Shown: piece after piece, positions 40,530 through 58,199 of the stretch
How positions within the stretch are numbered: the first letter of the stretch is position 1
How the letters are laid out: each line of letters opens with the position of its first letter
Source: Neocallimastix sp. 'constans'
Lineage: Eukaryota
Assembly: GCA_050613775.1 (NCBI GenBank)
Contig: JBODTK010000156.1
Location: forward strand, 248,001-312,000
Reading direction: 5' to 3'
DNA length: 64,000 nt
Position numbers and translations under genes: made by a program
The notes under the pieces: generated by a model
What the model saw: only the letters and a program-made list of their open reading frames with translations
The model's database searches: none
What the model was told of the DNA's origin: nothing

Positions 40530-40707
40530 TTAAAATAAATAAATAAATATATAATGATGAATTCTTTTTATTTATTATTTTATTTTATAAATTATTAAAT
40601 TTATAATCAATAATATAAATTTACAGTTAAGTTAAAAGATATTAGTATAATATAAAATAAGGAAAATAAAGAAAAATATATCAAAAAGAATATAATATAC
40701 TTCAGAA

Positions 40708-44484
<3,777 letters not shown>

Positions 44485-44693
44485 TTTTTCAAATTCTCGT
44501 TTTATATATCTAAAAAAAATTTTTTTTTTTTCTCCAATTATCCACCTTACAAAATATTGATAATAATAATAATAACAGTTCCATTAAATAATAATAAACT
44601 ACCAATAATAATTAATTCTTAAGTCATAAATAACAATAACAGCAACAACAATAATAATAATAATAATAGCAATAATAATAATGAAAATAATTA

Positions 44694-44790
44694 AAAATCA
44701 ATTATTATTACTAAAATCAATTATTATTACTAAAATCAATTATTATTACTAAAATCAATTATTATTACTAAAATTAATTATTATTACTAA
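44694..44790 (+). repeat. 19-bp minisatellite x5
   Basis: aaaatcaattattattact repeated. Confidence 0.9.
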
Positions 44791-45014
44791 AACAATTTTT
44801 AGAGAATGAAAAATTAAAAAAATTCACATTATATAATTTTTTTACTCTTATTATTATTATTATTATTATTAGTAGTAGTAGTATCTCTCTATATTTTTGA
44901 AATATTTTATTTTTTATTATTATCATTTTTGAATCATTATTATCTGTTAAACTTTTAATTATATATAAAATTATAAAGTTAAATAAAATATAACATAGTA
45001 AAAAAAAAATAAAT

Positions 45015-45045
<31 letters not shown>

Positions 45046-45083
45046 TAAAAATAAAAATAAAAATAAAAATAAAAATAAAAATA

Positions 45084-45114
<31 letters not shown>

Positions 45115-45266
45115 ATCTATTTTGAATAATTTTTAATATGTTTTTGTCCATTGTTATTTTAAATTTAAATATATATACTTTTAGTAAATATAATATTAAC
45201 AGTTATAATAATAAAAAAATATATATATGAATGTATGTTTTAAATTGAAATTCTATTTCTTGTCGC

Positions 45267-45313
<47 letters not shown>

Positions 45314-45684
45314 TCACTTTTAATCATAAAGTATTTAAAAATATTCACAATATATTTATAATAATATATTTGATGATATCCTTAATAATATAATTATTTA
45401 TTAGCATTTTTTAATAATATTTAATTAGTATATTAACAACTTTTTTCAATGGCACTTAAATAAGTTATATAAATATACCTTATTTCTTCTTTTTGATTTT
45501 TTTTTCTTCTTCTTCTTCTTCAAAAAAAAAAAAAAAAAAAAAAAAAATATTATGTTAATTTTTCTTTTTTTAAATATATTTAAATTAGAAAAAATATATT
45601 AATAAAATATAATACAGCATTAAATTATAAAATAATAAATGATGTTAGAGTAAGAAAATAAATAAGAAGGAAATTAAATCGAAA

Positions 45685-45767
45685 ATGACTGAACGTTCTA
45701 CTTTGAGATTAATAATAAGTGATTGGGTGATATTCATTTTAACTTTGGCATCAAGTTTGTTAATTTG

Positions 45768-45807
<40 letters not shown>

Positions 45808-46688
45808 AACTTTTGACCTCAATGACTAATCTATTAGAAATTCATTTAAAGATGATTCTATATTGGATTCACTATTAATGGTAAGTAAATAATATATAAT
45901 ATACTCTATATTTAAATATATGATATTAAGAAAATAGTAAATTGTTATATAAACAAAAGTAATATTTTTTTATATTAAAGGAGGCTGCTTTAGGTTCAGT
46001 TTTTGTTGTTATTACAGGTTTTCAATTTATAAAAAAAATTTATAAAAAAACGAATGAAGTTTGATTATCATCAAGCCCTTATGGGAATGTTTTAATTTAT
46101 TTGTAAAAAAAAATACTTTTTTTTCCATAAATAAATATAATAAAAAACTATCATTTTATCTAATAGTGAAAATTTTTGTATTTCTCTTATATTAATTTAA
46201 ATATAAAATATTAATTATATTTCTAAATTTTTTTTATTATGTAGGTGTTTTATTTTCTTTTGCGTTTTCATCCTTAATAGCTTCATTATCTCTACAACTT
46301 AAACCCACATCAAAGTATTAACAACAAAATTCCAAATGAATTATTTTTTAATAAAGCGGTTTATATTTCTCATCTTAAAGTTTTTGGATGTAAAACTTAT
46401 TTCTATAACAATCACAAATCTAATAAATTTGATAAAAATACTAAAACTTAGCATTTTCTTAGGATATGCTTCTGATTCTCTTGGTTATATAATTTTGGAT
46501 ATTTCTACCAGCTCTGTTGTTACATCTAGAGATGTTTACTTCATGGAGGATATGTCTGGTACTATTAGCACTACCTTTTTCCGCAACAAATTTATTGATT
46601 CAATAATTAACTTCAAGGATTCTTTAATTGAAGGGGAAAGTATTAGTAATAACAATTATAATATTCATTCACAATTAAATAATCCTTC

Positions 46689-46774
<86 letters not shown>

Positions 46775-48263
46775 TAATAATAATAATAATAATAATAATA
46801 GCAATAATGACATTATTAATTATGATAATAATTATAATAATAAAATAAATAATGATATTGATAATGAATCAAAAATTATTAATAAATCTTTAGAAGAAGG
46901 AAATGAATATTCTACTGACTCCGATAGTGAATTTTTAAATGTAAGAAAACGTAAATATCTAAACAAGAAAAGATACCGTAATAATAATCCAGATGATTCA
47001 GATGAAAAAATTTTAATTTCCAGAAAAGAAAAATTAAATTCTAATAATAATAAAAGATTTAAAATTTTAAATATTAAAACAAATATCCCAATGACTAATC
47101 AACAAACAATTAATTCATCAGAAAGTGAAGAATGGAAAATTGCATTAAATGATGAATTAAAAAATATGTATGATAATAAAGTAATGGAAGTGGTAGAAAA
47201 TATACCTATTGATGTCAATTTAATCGGTACTAAATGGGTCTTTGCGGAAAAGGATAATAAGAAGAAAAAGGTAAGACTAGTGGCTCTTGGTTGTCAACAA
47301 GATGCTGATGAAGATTTTAAAGAAACTTATTCTCCAACAGTTCAAGCAGACAGTCTAAGACTAACCGTCGCTATTGCATTAAAATTTTACTGAGATTTGA
47401 AATAATTGGATATAAAAGCTGCTTACTTGAATGAGGATTTGGAATATACAAAGATTCCTTATTGTGATAAAAATATTAATACTAATAAATTCTGGCTATT
47501 TAAAAAAGCTCTTTATGGTTTAAAACAAGCTGGAAGAATGTGGTATAATGAAATATCACATTACTTAGTAAGTATAGGTTTTAGAAAATACAAAATTGAC
47601 AAATGTCTCTTTGGGAAATATAATAAAAATAATAAATTAATATGTTTACTAACATTATATGTAGTTGATATTTTAATAACAGGAATTAAAAATGAAATAA
47701 ACTATACTGTAAATAAATTAAAAGATAAATATAAAATTTCTAAAGATTCTAATGAGACTAAAATAATATGAATAAATATTTATAAAATAAGTGATAATTA
47801 TAAAATAAATCAGATAGATTATATTAATAAAATAATAGAAAAATATAATATGAAGAAAACAAAACAAATAAAAACACCATGCAGGAAAATTACGGAATAT
47901 GAAAGAAATAATTCAAATTTAATAGATCTAAAAAGAATATAAATCTTTACTTGGTGCATTACTATATATCGCCGTAAAATCAAGGCCTGATATAATATTT
48001 TCTGTAAGTGAAGCCTCAAAAATATGTGAAAATCCAACAGAAACTGATTATAAAAATTTAATGAATATCTTACAATATTTAAAAGGTACAAAAAATAAAT
48101 CTATACATTATAATAAAAATAATAAATTTATCGGATATTCGGATTCAGATTTCGCCAGCAATGAAAAGACGAGAAGATCCATTAACTAAAAGTATCTCAG
48201 GAGTACAAAAGACAAAATTTGCAAATTTAATTTTCAAAGAATAATATTTCTTTAATTGTATAT

Positions 48264-48313
<50 letters not shown>

Positions 48314-49073
48314 TATATAATAACTAAAATATTATATAAAACTTAATGTAGGGGGAATGTTAAACTTCAACATAATATTTAAACATTTGTACATTAAAGT
48401 ATTATAAATATTTATAATATTTGATTTATGTAATAATTTGTATGTAAAAAAATAAAAAGAAAAATTTTTTATGAAATTAATATTTTGACTCTTTTAAATA
48501 CTTTATACATTTTGTAGTGTACACATATCTTATATTGACTCCTTAACAATAATATTCATATATTCATACTATAAAAACAAATTTAATATAATATATATAT
48601 ATATATAAACTTTATTATTTATTATTACATATAATTTTAATCTTTCAAAAATTATAACAACAAAATTAATAATCTGAATTCATTATGTAATTTACTAAAT
48701 CAACTATTTCATTCTTATTTAATTATATTTATATTAATTATATAGTAGAAATTTTTTCTTTCATGATATTCTTAACATTTTATATTGCTGGACAAGTTCA
48801 TTTATTAGATAATAAATGTTGTTTATGAAAATGGCTTGTTTCAAGTGTTTCAATTCTCGTTTCAATTTTGTTGTTGTGAGAAGAATATCTGATCATCGTC
48901 ATCATTCTTCGGATGTTACTGTTGGAAGTTTTATTGGTATAGTAGTTTCTATAATGGTTTATTACTTTTATTATTCAAATCTCAAAAGCCTAAATTATGA
49001 TATACCTTATCAAGATCGTAAAAATAAATTTGAAAGAAGAATAAGTAATAATCATTGTCCACAATACGTTTAA
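45685..49073 (+). pseudogene. PAP2 phosphatase pseudogene (paralog of 53432-54956) disrupted by a Copia element
   Basis: Exons 1-3 and the last exon, with introns, align to the intact copy. Early TAA plus poly-A expansion at ~45771-45804; exon 3 is cut at ~46287; exon 4 is missing; the last exon is frameshifted (RRISDHRHHSSDV). Confidence 0.92.
46288..48548 (+). mobile_element. Decayed Ty1/Copia retrotransposon: post-integrase region, RT, partial RNase H, PPT and 3' LTR
   Basis: IFLGYASDSLGY..VVTSRDVYFME, WKIALNDEL, IGTKWVF..KVRLVALG, DIKAAYLN, KKALYGLKQAGRMWY, LYVVDILI, IGYSDSDFA. PPT agggggaa at 48350-48357; LTR 48358-48548 with TGTTAA...TTAACA. Confidence 0.93.
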
Positions 49074-49284
49074 AATAAACAATGATCTTAAACAAAACGA
49101 TGGGATTTAAATAAACAAAAACGAGTAAAACACAATGGAAAAAAAGTAAAATAAATAAAAAATAAAATAAAAATATAAAAATAAGGTAAAATAAGTTAAA
49201 AAAAAAAATAAATAAATAAATAAAATTAAAAAAAAAAAAGCATTACAGAATGCAAAAAAAAAAAATAATAATAATAATAATAAT

Positions 49285-49450
49285 AAAAAATAAAAAATAA
49301 AAAATAAAAAATAAAAAATAAAAAATAAAAAATAAAAAATAAAAAATAAAAAATAAAAAATAAAAAATAAAAAATAAAAAATAAAAAATAAAAAATAAAA
49401 AATAAAAAATAAAAAATAAAAAATAAAAAATAAAAAATAAAAAATAAAAA
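49285..49450 (+). repeat. (TAAAAAA)n microsatellite
   Basis: Directly visible. Confidence 0.9.
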
Positions 49451-51566
49451 AAAAAGAATATTATTAATAAAAAAATATGTAATAGTAAAAAATATAATGT
49501 ATTATTTATATATAATATTTAATTCATTTAAATTAAATATTATAAATAGAAAGAAATATTTTTTAAAAAACAAACCATTAAAATATAATTCTTTTTAGTA
49601 TTATTATTTTTTTTTTTTTTAGTATTTTTTTTGTTTAAATTTTAAAATTTTTTTTAATTAAAAATGATTTGTTTTGAACTTATTTTATATTACTTTATCA
49701 TAATAATAAATTAAAATCTATCTGTATGGTTTTATTACCAAGTGTTAAATAAATAAATGAATTTTTTTAATTTTATTAATAAAAAATTTTTTTTAAAAAA
49801 AAAAACAAAAACAGATATAATACAGAAAACACAAAGAAATCTTTTTGATACATAATATATAAGAAACACCAACATTAATTAAAATAAAAATGATTCATTA
49901 AAATTTTATTGGTTTATTATTATTAAAATTATTATATCACTATTGTATCTGATATAAAATGAAAATAAAAACTTTAATTATTAATAAAATTTATTTATTA
50001 ATAGTTTCATAAAAATTAATTAATAAATCATTCGAAAATAAGTAATATAAATTAAACATAATTGAATATAACATGATAAAAATAAAATTATGTAAAGATA
50101 TAAATTACACAAGAGCATAAAAATTAATGGAAACTTAAAATTTCATTTTATTATTTTTATATTATTTTATTATATATTGATATTTATTTTACTATATTTT
50201 TAATCATTTAAATAATTATTATTTTGTATTAATATCTTATATTTTTTTTAACTATTTTTATGAATAACATTTAATTTTAATATTTTACTTTAATATATAT
50301 TTTATTTTATACTTTTATATAAAATACTTTAAATGCTTAATAGTTATCATAAAAAATAATTAATTAAATAGTTTATTATGAATTACAAATATAAAAGCAA
50401 TAATAATTTTTTATAATTATTCTTGGCAATGTTTTATGCCGATTTACCTAAAAATTTCTTTTATATTTTCAAGTTAATAATTAAATACAAGCATTACATG
50501 AATTATAATTAACTATTAAATAATAAATAAATAAAATTATATAACAAAATACGTAATAAATAAAACATTTCCCGACAAGAGATATTTGAACTGTGAGTAT
50601 CATTATTCCACTAAATAGTTCTTTAAATATAAACAAAATATTTTTAAACCAAATATAATTTATTAATTAGATAAATTTTTTAATATGTAACTGAATTTAA
50701 ATAATTTTTTTATAAAACCAAGTTTTATTCATTAATAAAGAGAATTTATTTTTAAAAAAAAAATAGATATAAAATAATTAATAAAATAAAACACAAAGAA
50801 ATCTTTTTGTTACAAAATATATAAATCCGCCAACATTAATTAAAAATGATTTATTGAAGTTTTATTGGTTTATTTTTATCAAAATCATTTGATATAAAAT
50901 GAAACAAAAACCTTAATTATTAATAAATTATTTTTTAATAATTACATAAAAATAAATTAATAAATCATTAATTAATCATATTATTAATTAGAATTGATTT
51001 ATAGAATGATAAAAATAGATTTATGTAATATTATATATTGAACATAAATATGTAATAATTTATAAATTTATAAAGATATAAAGATATAATTTATTTTGAT
51101 TATTTTATTTTATTATATTTTATAATTATAATTATTATTAATCTTATATTATTTATATTATACTTTTTGTAATATTTAACTAAATAATTAATTATTATTA
51201 TTTTAAAATGGTTTATAATTAAAGAGTTTTATATAAAGAATATATATTTTTTTTACATTTATTCTTTACCTTTTTCAACATTTATTTTTATTATATTATA
51301 AAAAATGGTTATTTAATAATAATAATATGAAATTATAAATATTAATATTTTAATTAAATAATTAATAAAATATATTCTTCTGTCTCCTAAAAGAATTTAT
51401 ATCACATATTATTATTCCACTAAATATAATTAATTATATTTCTTTTAGTATAAACAAAATTTAATTTATTTATACAACAAACTATTCGAAAAAAACTTTT
51501 ATTATTAACTAAATAAACTTTATAAAATGTAATTTAATATATTAAATAAATAAGATTTTTTTAAAA

Positions 51567-51899
51567 TTGAATTTTATTTATTAATAAAAAAAATTAAAAA
51601 AATTAAATTTTATTTATTAATAAAAAAAAATTAAAAAAATTAAATTTTATTTATTAATAAAAAAAAATTAAAAAAATTAAATTTTATTTATTAATAAAAA
51701 AAAATTAAAAAAATTAAATTTTATTTATTAATAAAAAAAAATTAAAAAAATTAAATTTTATTTATTAATAAAAAAAAATTAAAAAAATTAAATTTTATTT
51801 ATTAATAAAAAAAAATTAAAAAAATTAAATTTTATTTATTAATAAAAAAAAATTAAAAAAATTAAATTTTATTTATTAATAAAAAAAAAATTAAAAAAT
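51567..51899 (+). repeat. 37-bp AT-only minisatellite, about 9 copies
   Basis: Unit taaattttatttattaataaaaaaaaattaaaaaaat (for example at 51604 and 51641); contains the palindrome tttattaataaa. Confidence 0.92.
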
Positions 51900-53278
51900 T
51901 GTACAACACACTGATTATTTAATTTAATTTTTTTGTTACATTTTTTCATAGTATTTAGAAAACAAGGTATTTTGATGAAGTAATTTAACGCCATATAAAA
52001 AATTTTTATAAACAAATATAAATAAAATCAAAAAATATAATTAAATAAATAAAAAATGAATATTTTTTAATTCTATATATACTTGTTATTAAATATTAAT
52101 AATAATAATGATATTATTATTATTCTTTAAATATTCTTAAATATAAGATTTTTATGTATATTTGTTTAGCCATTTAATTAAATGTTTTGTATAATTTTAA
52201 ATAAATATTCTTTAAAAATAAAATATTTTTTTGAAATTTTCATTATATAATTTTTAAAGAAAAAAAAATATTATTAAAATCTATATAAAGTATTTAAAAA
52301 AAAAATTAAAGATTAAAAAGTGTTTTATATATTTAAAAAAAATATTATTTAAATGTTTTTAAAAAAGTGATAAAAAAAAAAAAAAAAAAAAAGTTGTTTT
52401 TTTTTATTAATATTTTAACTTTGCATTATCTATTTTTTTACTTGATACAACTTAATTATTAAACTTATTTCCTAAATTAGATAAGTCGAAAAGAGGCTTT
52501 TTTCATAATAAATAATTGGATTTTAAAATACTCAAGACTTAAACTAATATTATTATAATTTTATTATATATATTATATGATTATAACCCATTTATAAAAT
52601 ATAAACCATAAAATTATTAAACTATATTGTAATTTTATTATATATTAAAATAATTCAATAAAAATCATAAAGCTATCTACAAGCCAAATGAAGTATATAA
52701 TACGTTTAGATATTAACATATTATAAAATACTTTATTTATAATTATTTATTTAGTTATGTTAATGAATTTAAACAACGTATATTTAGATAATTATATTAG
52801 TTCTACGACTAATTAAAATAAAATTGTCCTTCATAATTCATATAATAATATGAAATATATATGACAATTTTATTTACTTTTTATATATTATAAATACATT
52901 AATCTACATTATTATTTACATTATTCTTTTTATAGCATGCGCCATATTTATATTTTTAATACATTTATATATATAAAAATACTTTCTACTATTTTATAAT
53001 ATTTTACTATAAATTTTAATTAACTTTTATATTGTCTAAACCTTGAAAATTATTAAATATATTAAACTTTTCTTCAAATGTAATTTTTTAATTATCTATT
53101 TTTTCCATAAAAGAAGTTTTTTTTTAATAAAATTTAATTAGTATAAAATTTAATTAGTATTATACAACAACTTTTTTTCAATTGCATTTAATTAGTTATA
53201 TAAATATACTTTATTTCTTCCTTTCTATTTTTTTTTTTTTCAAAAAAAAATTTAAAAAAACAAAAAACGAAAAAACAA

Positions 53279-53312
<34 letters not shown>

Positions 53313-53431
53313 TTTAACAAAAATTGAAAAAATATATTAGTGAAATATAATATATCATTAAATTATAAAAATTATAAAATAATAAAAGTTGTTATAGTAA
53401 ATAAATATATACAAAAGAAATTAAATCGAAA

Positions 53432-54079
53432 ATGACTGTACGTTCTACTTTGAGATTAATAATAAGTGATTGGGTGATATTCATTTTAACTTTGGCATTA
53501 AGTTTATTTATTTGTCTTTTAAAAAAAAACGATTTAACTTTTGACCTCAATGACTTATCTATTAGAAATTCATATAAAGGTGATTCCATATCGGATTCCC
53601 TATTAGTTGTAAGTAAATAATATATAATATACTCTATATTTAAATATTTGATATTAAGAAAATAGTAAATTTTTATTTTAACAAAAATAATATTTTTTTA
53701 TATATTTTTTATATTAAAGGAGGTTACTTTCGGTTTCGTTTTTGTTGTTACTACAGGTTTTCAATTTATTAAAAAACGAATGAAGTTTGATTATCATCAA
53801 GCCCTTATGGGTATGTTTTAATTTATTTGTAAATAATATATATATATATTTATATAAATAAATATAATTAAAAATTACCTTTTTTTTTAATAAGTGAAAA
53901 TTTTTGTATTTCTCTTAAATTAATTTAAATATAAATATTAATTATATTTCTAAATTTATTATTTAGGTAATTTATTTTCTTTTGCGTTCGCATGCTTAAT
54001 AGTTTCATTTTTAAAGGTAAAATAATTTTTAAGAACTAAACTATTTTCTTTATTTTTATTTCATTTTATCTTTTATTTA

Positions 54080-54126
<47 letters not shown>

Positions 54127-54956
54127 ATTTAAACATATTGAATTTTATTTTTATATTAATATTTGAAATTAAAGACTTTTGTAGGAAGATTAAGACCGGA
54201 TTTTATTGAAGTATGCCAGCCTAATGCAGCATTAGTAGAACAACAATTCCAAATGTATAATGACACAAATAATCCAAACTATAGTCTTAGAACTGTATTT
54301 GATACTTCTGTTTGTACTTCTGATGTGGGTCCTCTTCTTAATGGAGCAGAAAGTTTTCCTTCTGCTCATTCACAAAGTAAAAAAAAAATATTTTAATATA
54401 ATGCATTAATACAAAAATAATTATATTAATTTTAAAATGAATATATTCATAATATTCATATATATATATAATTAAAACAAAATTAATGATATATATATAA
54501 ATTTTATTATTTATTACTACATATAAGTTTTATATTTTCAAAAATTTTAACTTCAAAATTAATAATCTAAAATTCATTATGTAATTTACTAAATCAACTA
54601 TTTCATTCTTATATATTAATTATATAATAGAAGTTTTTTCTTTAATGACATACTTAACGCTTTATATTGCTGGACAAATTCATTTATTAGATAATAGATG
54701 TTGTTTATGGAAATGGTTCGTTTCTAGTGTTCCAATTTTCTATGCAACTTTTGTTGCTGTAAGTAGAATATCTGATCATCGTCATCATCCTTCGGATGTT
54801 GCTGTTGGAAGTATTATTGGCATAGTAGTTTCTATAATGGTTTATTACTTTTATTATCCAAGTCTCAAAAGCCCAAATTGTGATATACCTTATCAAGATC
54901 GTAAAAATAAACCCGAAAGAAAAATAAGTAATAATCAATATACACAGTATGTTTAA
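53432..54956 (+). CDS. PAP2-family lipid phosphate phosphatase (DPP1/LPP1-like), 5 exons
   Basis: In-phase exons 53432-53608, 53720-53810, 53967-54016, 54175-54376, 54631-54956. Catalytic motifs KTFVGRLRP, SFPSAHS and SRISDHRHHPSDV. Confidence 0.93.
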
Positions 54957-55121
54957 AAAAACAAGGAACTTAAATAAATGATAGGATCAAATCAAAATAC
55001 AATAAAAACATGTAAAATATAATAAAATAGTAAAATAATTTAAAAATAAAATAAAATAAGTTAAAAAAATTAAATAAGTAAATGAAATTAAAATAAAAAA
55101 TGCAATATCTAATGCAAAAAA

Positions 55122-56050
55122 AATAAAATAAAATAAAATAAAATAAAATAAAATAAAATAAAATAAATAGTAGAATATGAATATAAAGTACAGATTAAAT
55201 AAAATAAAATAAAATAAAATAAATAGTTGAAATATAAATATAAAGTACAGATTAAATAAAATAAAATAAAATAAAATAAAATAAAATAAAAAAAAATAAA
55301 ATAAAATAATTAGTTGAATATGAATATAAAGTACAGATTGAATAAAATAAAATAAAATAAAATAAAATAAAATAAAATAAAATAAAATAAAATAAAATAA
55401 AATAAAATAAAATAAAATAAAATAAAATAAAATAAAATAAAATAAAATAAAATAAAATAAAATAAAATAAAAAAAAATAAAATAAAATAATTAGTTGAAA
55501 TATAAATATAAAGTACAGATTAAATAAAATAAAATAAAATAAAATAAAATAAAATAAAATAAAATAAAATAAAATAAAATAAAATAAAATAAAATAAAAT
55601 AAAATAAAATAAAAAAAAATAAAATAAAATAATTAGTTGAATATGAATATAAAGTACAGATTGAATAAAATAAAATAAAATAAAATAAAATAAAATAAAA
55701 TAAAATAAAATAAAATAAAATAAAATAAAATAAAATAAAATAAAATAAAATAAAATAAAATAAAATAAAATAAAATAAAATAAAATAAAATAAAATAAAA
55801 TAAAATAAAATAAAATAAAATAAAATAAAATAAAATAAAATAAAATAAAATAAAATAAAATAAAATAAAATAAAATAAAATAAAATAAAATAAAATAAAA
55901 TAAAAAAAAATAAAATAAAATAATTAGTTGAATATGAATATAAAGTACAGATTGAATAAAATAAAATAAAATAAAATAAAATAAAATAAAATAAAATAAA
56001 ATAAAATAAAATAAAATAAAATAAAATAAAATAAAATAAAATAAATAAAA
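55122..56050 (+). repeat. Composite array: six ~33-bp units separated by variable-length (TAAAA)n
   Basis: Units start at 55168, 55224, 55311, 55492, 55634 and 55925; invariant core aatataaagtacagatt. Confidence 0.92.
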
Positions 56051-56559
56051 GTAAAAATAAAAAATAAAAAATAGGATATTAATAAAAAAGCTATTTAAAT
56101 AATTATTGTTATTGTTTTGATGTCTTCTAAAGTAAAATAAATAGTAAAAAAAAATATATGTATTTTTTATATAATATTTAATTCGATTAAAAATATATAA
56201 TAAGTAAAAAATATTTTTTAAAAAATAAACTATTAATAATATATTCTTATTAGTATTTTTTTTTTTTTAATTAAAAATGATTTGTTTTGAACTTATTTTA
56301 TATTACTTTATTTTATTATCATAATAATAATTAAAATTTATCAGTATGATTTTATTCTCAAAGTGTTAAATAAATTAAATTTTTAATTAAAATCAATTTT
56401 GAACTTTAAATGAGTAATTTAAAGTATCATTGGGTTATGTCTTTAATATTGTTAATTATATTAATAATATTATATTATATTAATATTTATTAAAATTATT
56501 TAAATAAAAAAAGCTTTTACTTTAAAATATATTTATTATTACTATTTTAAACTGGATAA

Positions 56560-57600
56560 TTATAGTGTCAGTATTGGAAATAAAAATTGCTGTGGAGGTT
56601 TATTTGCAGATGATATTGTTTTAATTACTCCCAGTAAAGAGAAAATTAATTTACTTCTTCGTCATATCTTTTAATAGGCTGACAAGTACGAAATGTCATT
56701 TGGACCAAATAAATGTATAATTATGGTAATTAAACCTCTTAACTTTATTTAATCTCATTCTTTTGAAGTTCATATTAAAGATATTCTTATTATACCTAGA
56801 TATTCTTGGGTTAAAGAATCTTATGCTCTTTATAGAAAAGATTAGGAAATATATATATATTAAAAGCTTAGTGATATTATTAAAGTATATTGGACTGATA
56901 TTGCCACAAAATAAAGTATTAAAGGTACTAACTATGATAAATTTAAATTCTTTTACACCAGAACTTTATTTAATCTTAGCTGTAAATACGCTAAGTTTAG
57001 TCCAAGATTTAATTGAACATTACGTTTAAGATGTAGATATAAGTGCAATACCATTATTGCCTTCAGAAGTGGTAAAGTTACAGAAAATTGACTCAAATGT
57101 TGTACATATTGTAGTAAAAGTGATCAGTCATTTATTCATTGGATATTCGAATGTTCCACTTTTTCTGATGCTAGTTCAAAATCACTAGATTTCATCAATG
57201 ATCTTTTTATTTCGTTTGAAAGAAAAATAAGGAAATTACCTTTATTCTTCCCATTCATCTATTTCAGTTTGTGAAAAACGAATTAATGAATATATTATTA
57301 TGTTTCTTTTTGGTGGAAGGTGGAACTTTAGATTTAGATGAACTACAATTCAATACTGGAAAACAAAGACATTTAAAAGAACTTCTATTAAAGAATTCTT
57401 GGTCTAATATTTCATATATAGTTGACTTCGAGGATTACCTTACGAACACTGTACTAGTCATTAATAGCTATCTTAAGTTTCTTTTTTGATTGGCATAGTA
57501 AACAATCCTTCACAACCATAAGAGTAAATGTGAAATAGATATGGCAAAGAAGAACCTCTATTATTAGTTCTAATTTTAATTTGGTTATCCTTTCTATCTG
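56560..57600 (+). mobile_element. Decayed, internally deleted LINE ORF2 (RT core to C-terminus)
   Basis: VSIGNKNCCGGLFADDIVL (RT motif), MSFGPNKC, CCTYCSKSDQSFIHWIFEC (zinc finger), DYLTNT; multiple stops and frameshifts. Confidence 0.88.
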
Positions 57601-58199
57601 TATATTCAATTTCTCCATATATATTTCATTTAGCCATATCCCCAGTTTTAAATAATATTTATTGTACTTATTATAATCATTAGTATATGGTTTTAAAATG
57701 AATAATTCTTTATTTTTTTCAGAGTAAATATAACCACTGGAGACACCCACACTAGAAATACACCTTCGAATCCTACAGGGCATAATTTATTATGAGAATC
57801 TAATATAAAAGCATTCATATTATACATAGAATTTCCAACAATATTACTTACTTCATATATTGAAGCTTCTAATGAAATAAGTAAGCATTCTATTGAACCT
57901 AATAAAACATTAGGCCGTATTTGTTCTTTACCATCATTAATATATTTTCTTCATAATTTAGAAAAATTATTAAATGATTCACCTAGAAAAATAACATTTT
58001 TTTAATTCATTTAAATAATTAAAACCAATTCGTTCATTAACACTCACTAAAAAATTAAATATATTTCTAATATGAGCTTTAGAAATTATTGATAAAATAT
58101 AAGTTATATCCGATCTTTTTTCATCCGATATTAAGTACAACTCAGAAACCGATAATAAATTATAAAATAATTTTAATATAAAAGTCATTATCTAATAGA

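Noticed and set aside
55168..55960. CRISPR array
   Set aside because: The spacers are (TAAAA)n of very unequal length rather than unique sequences; there are no cas genes and the context is eukaryotic.
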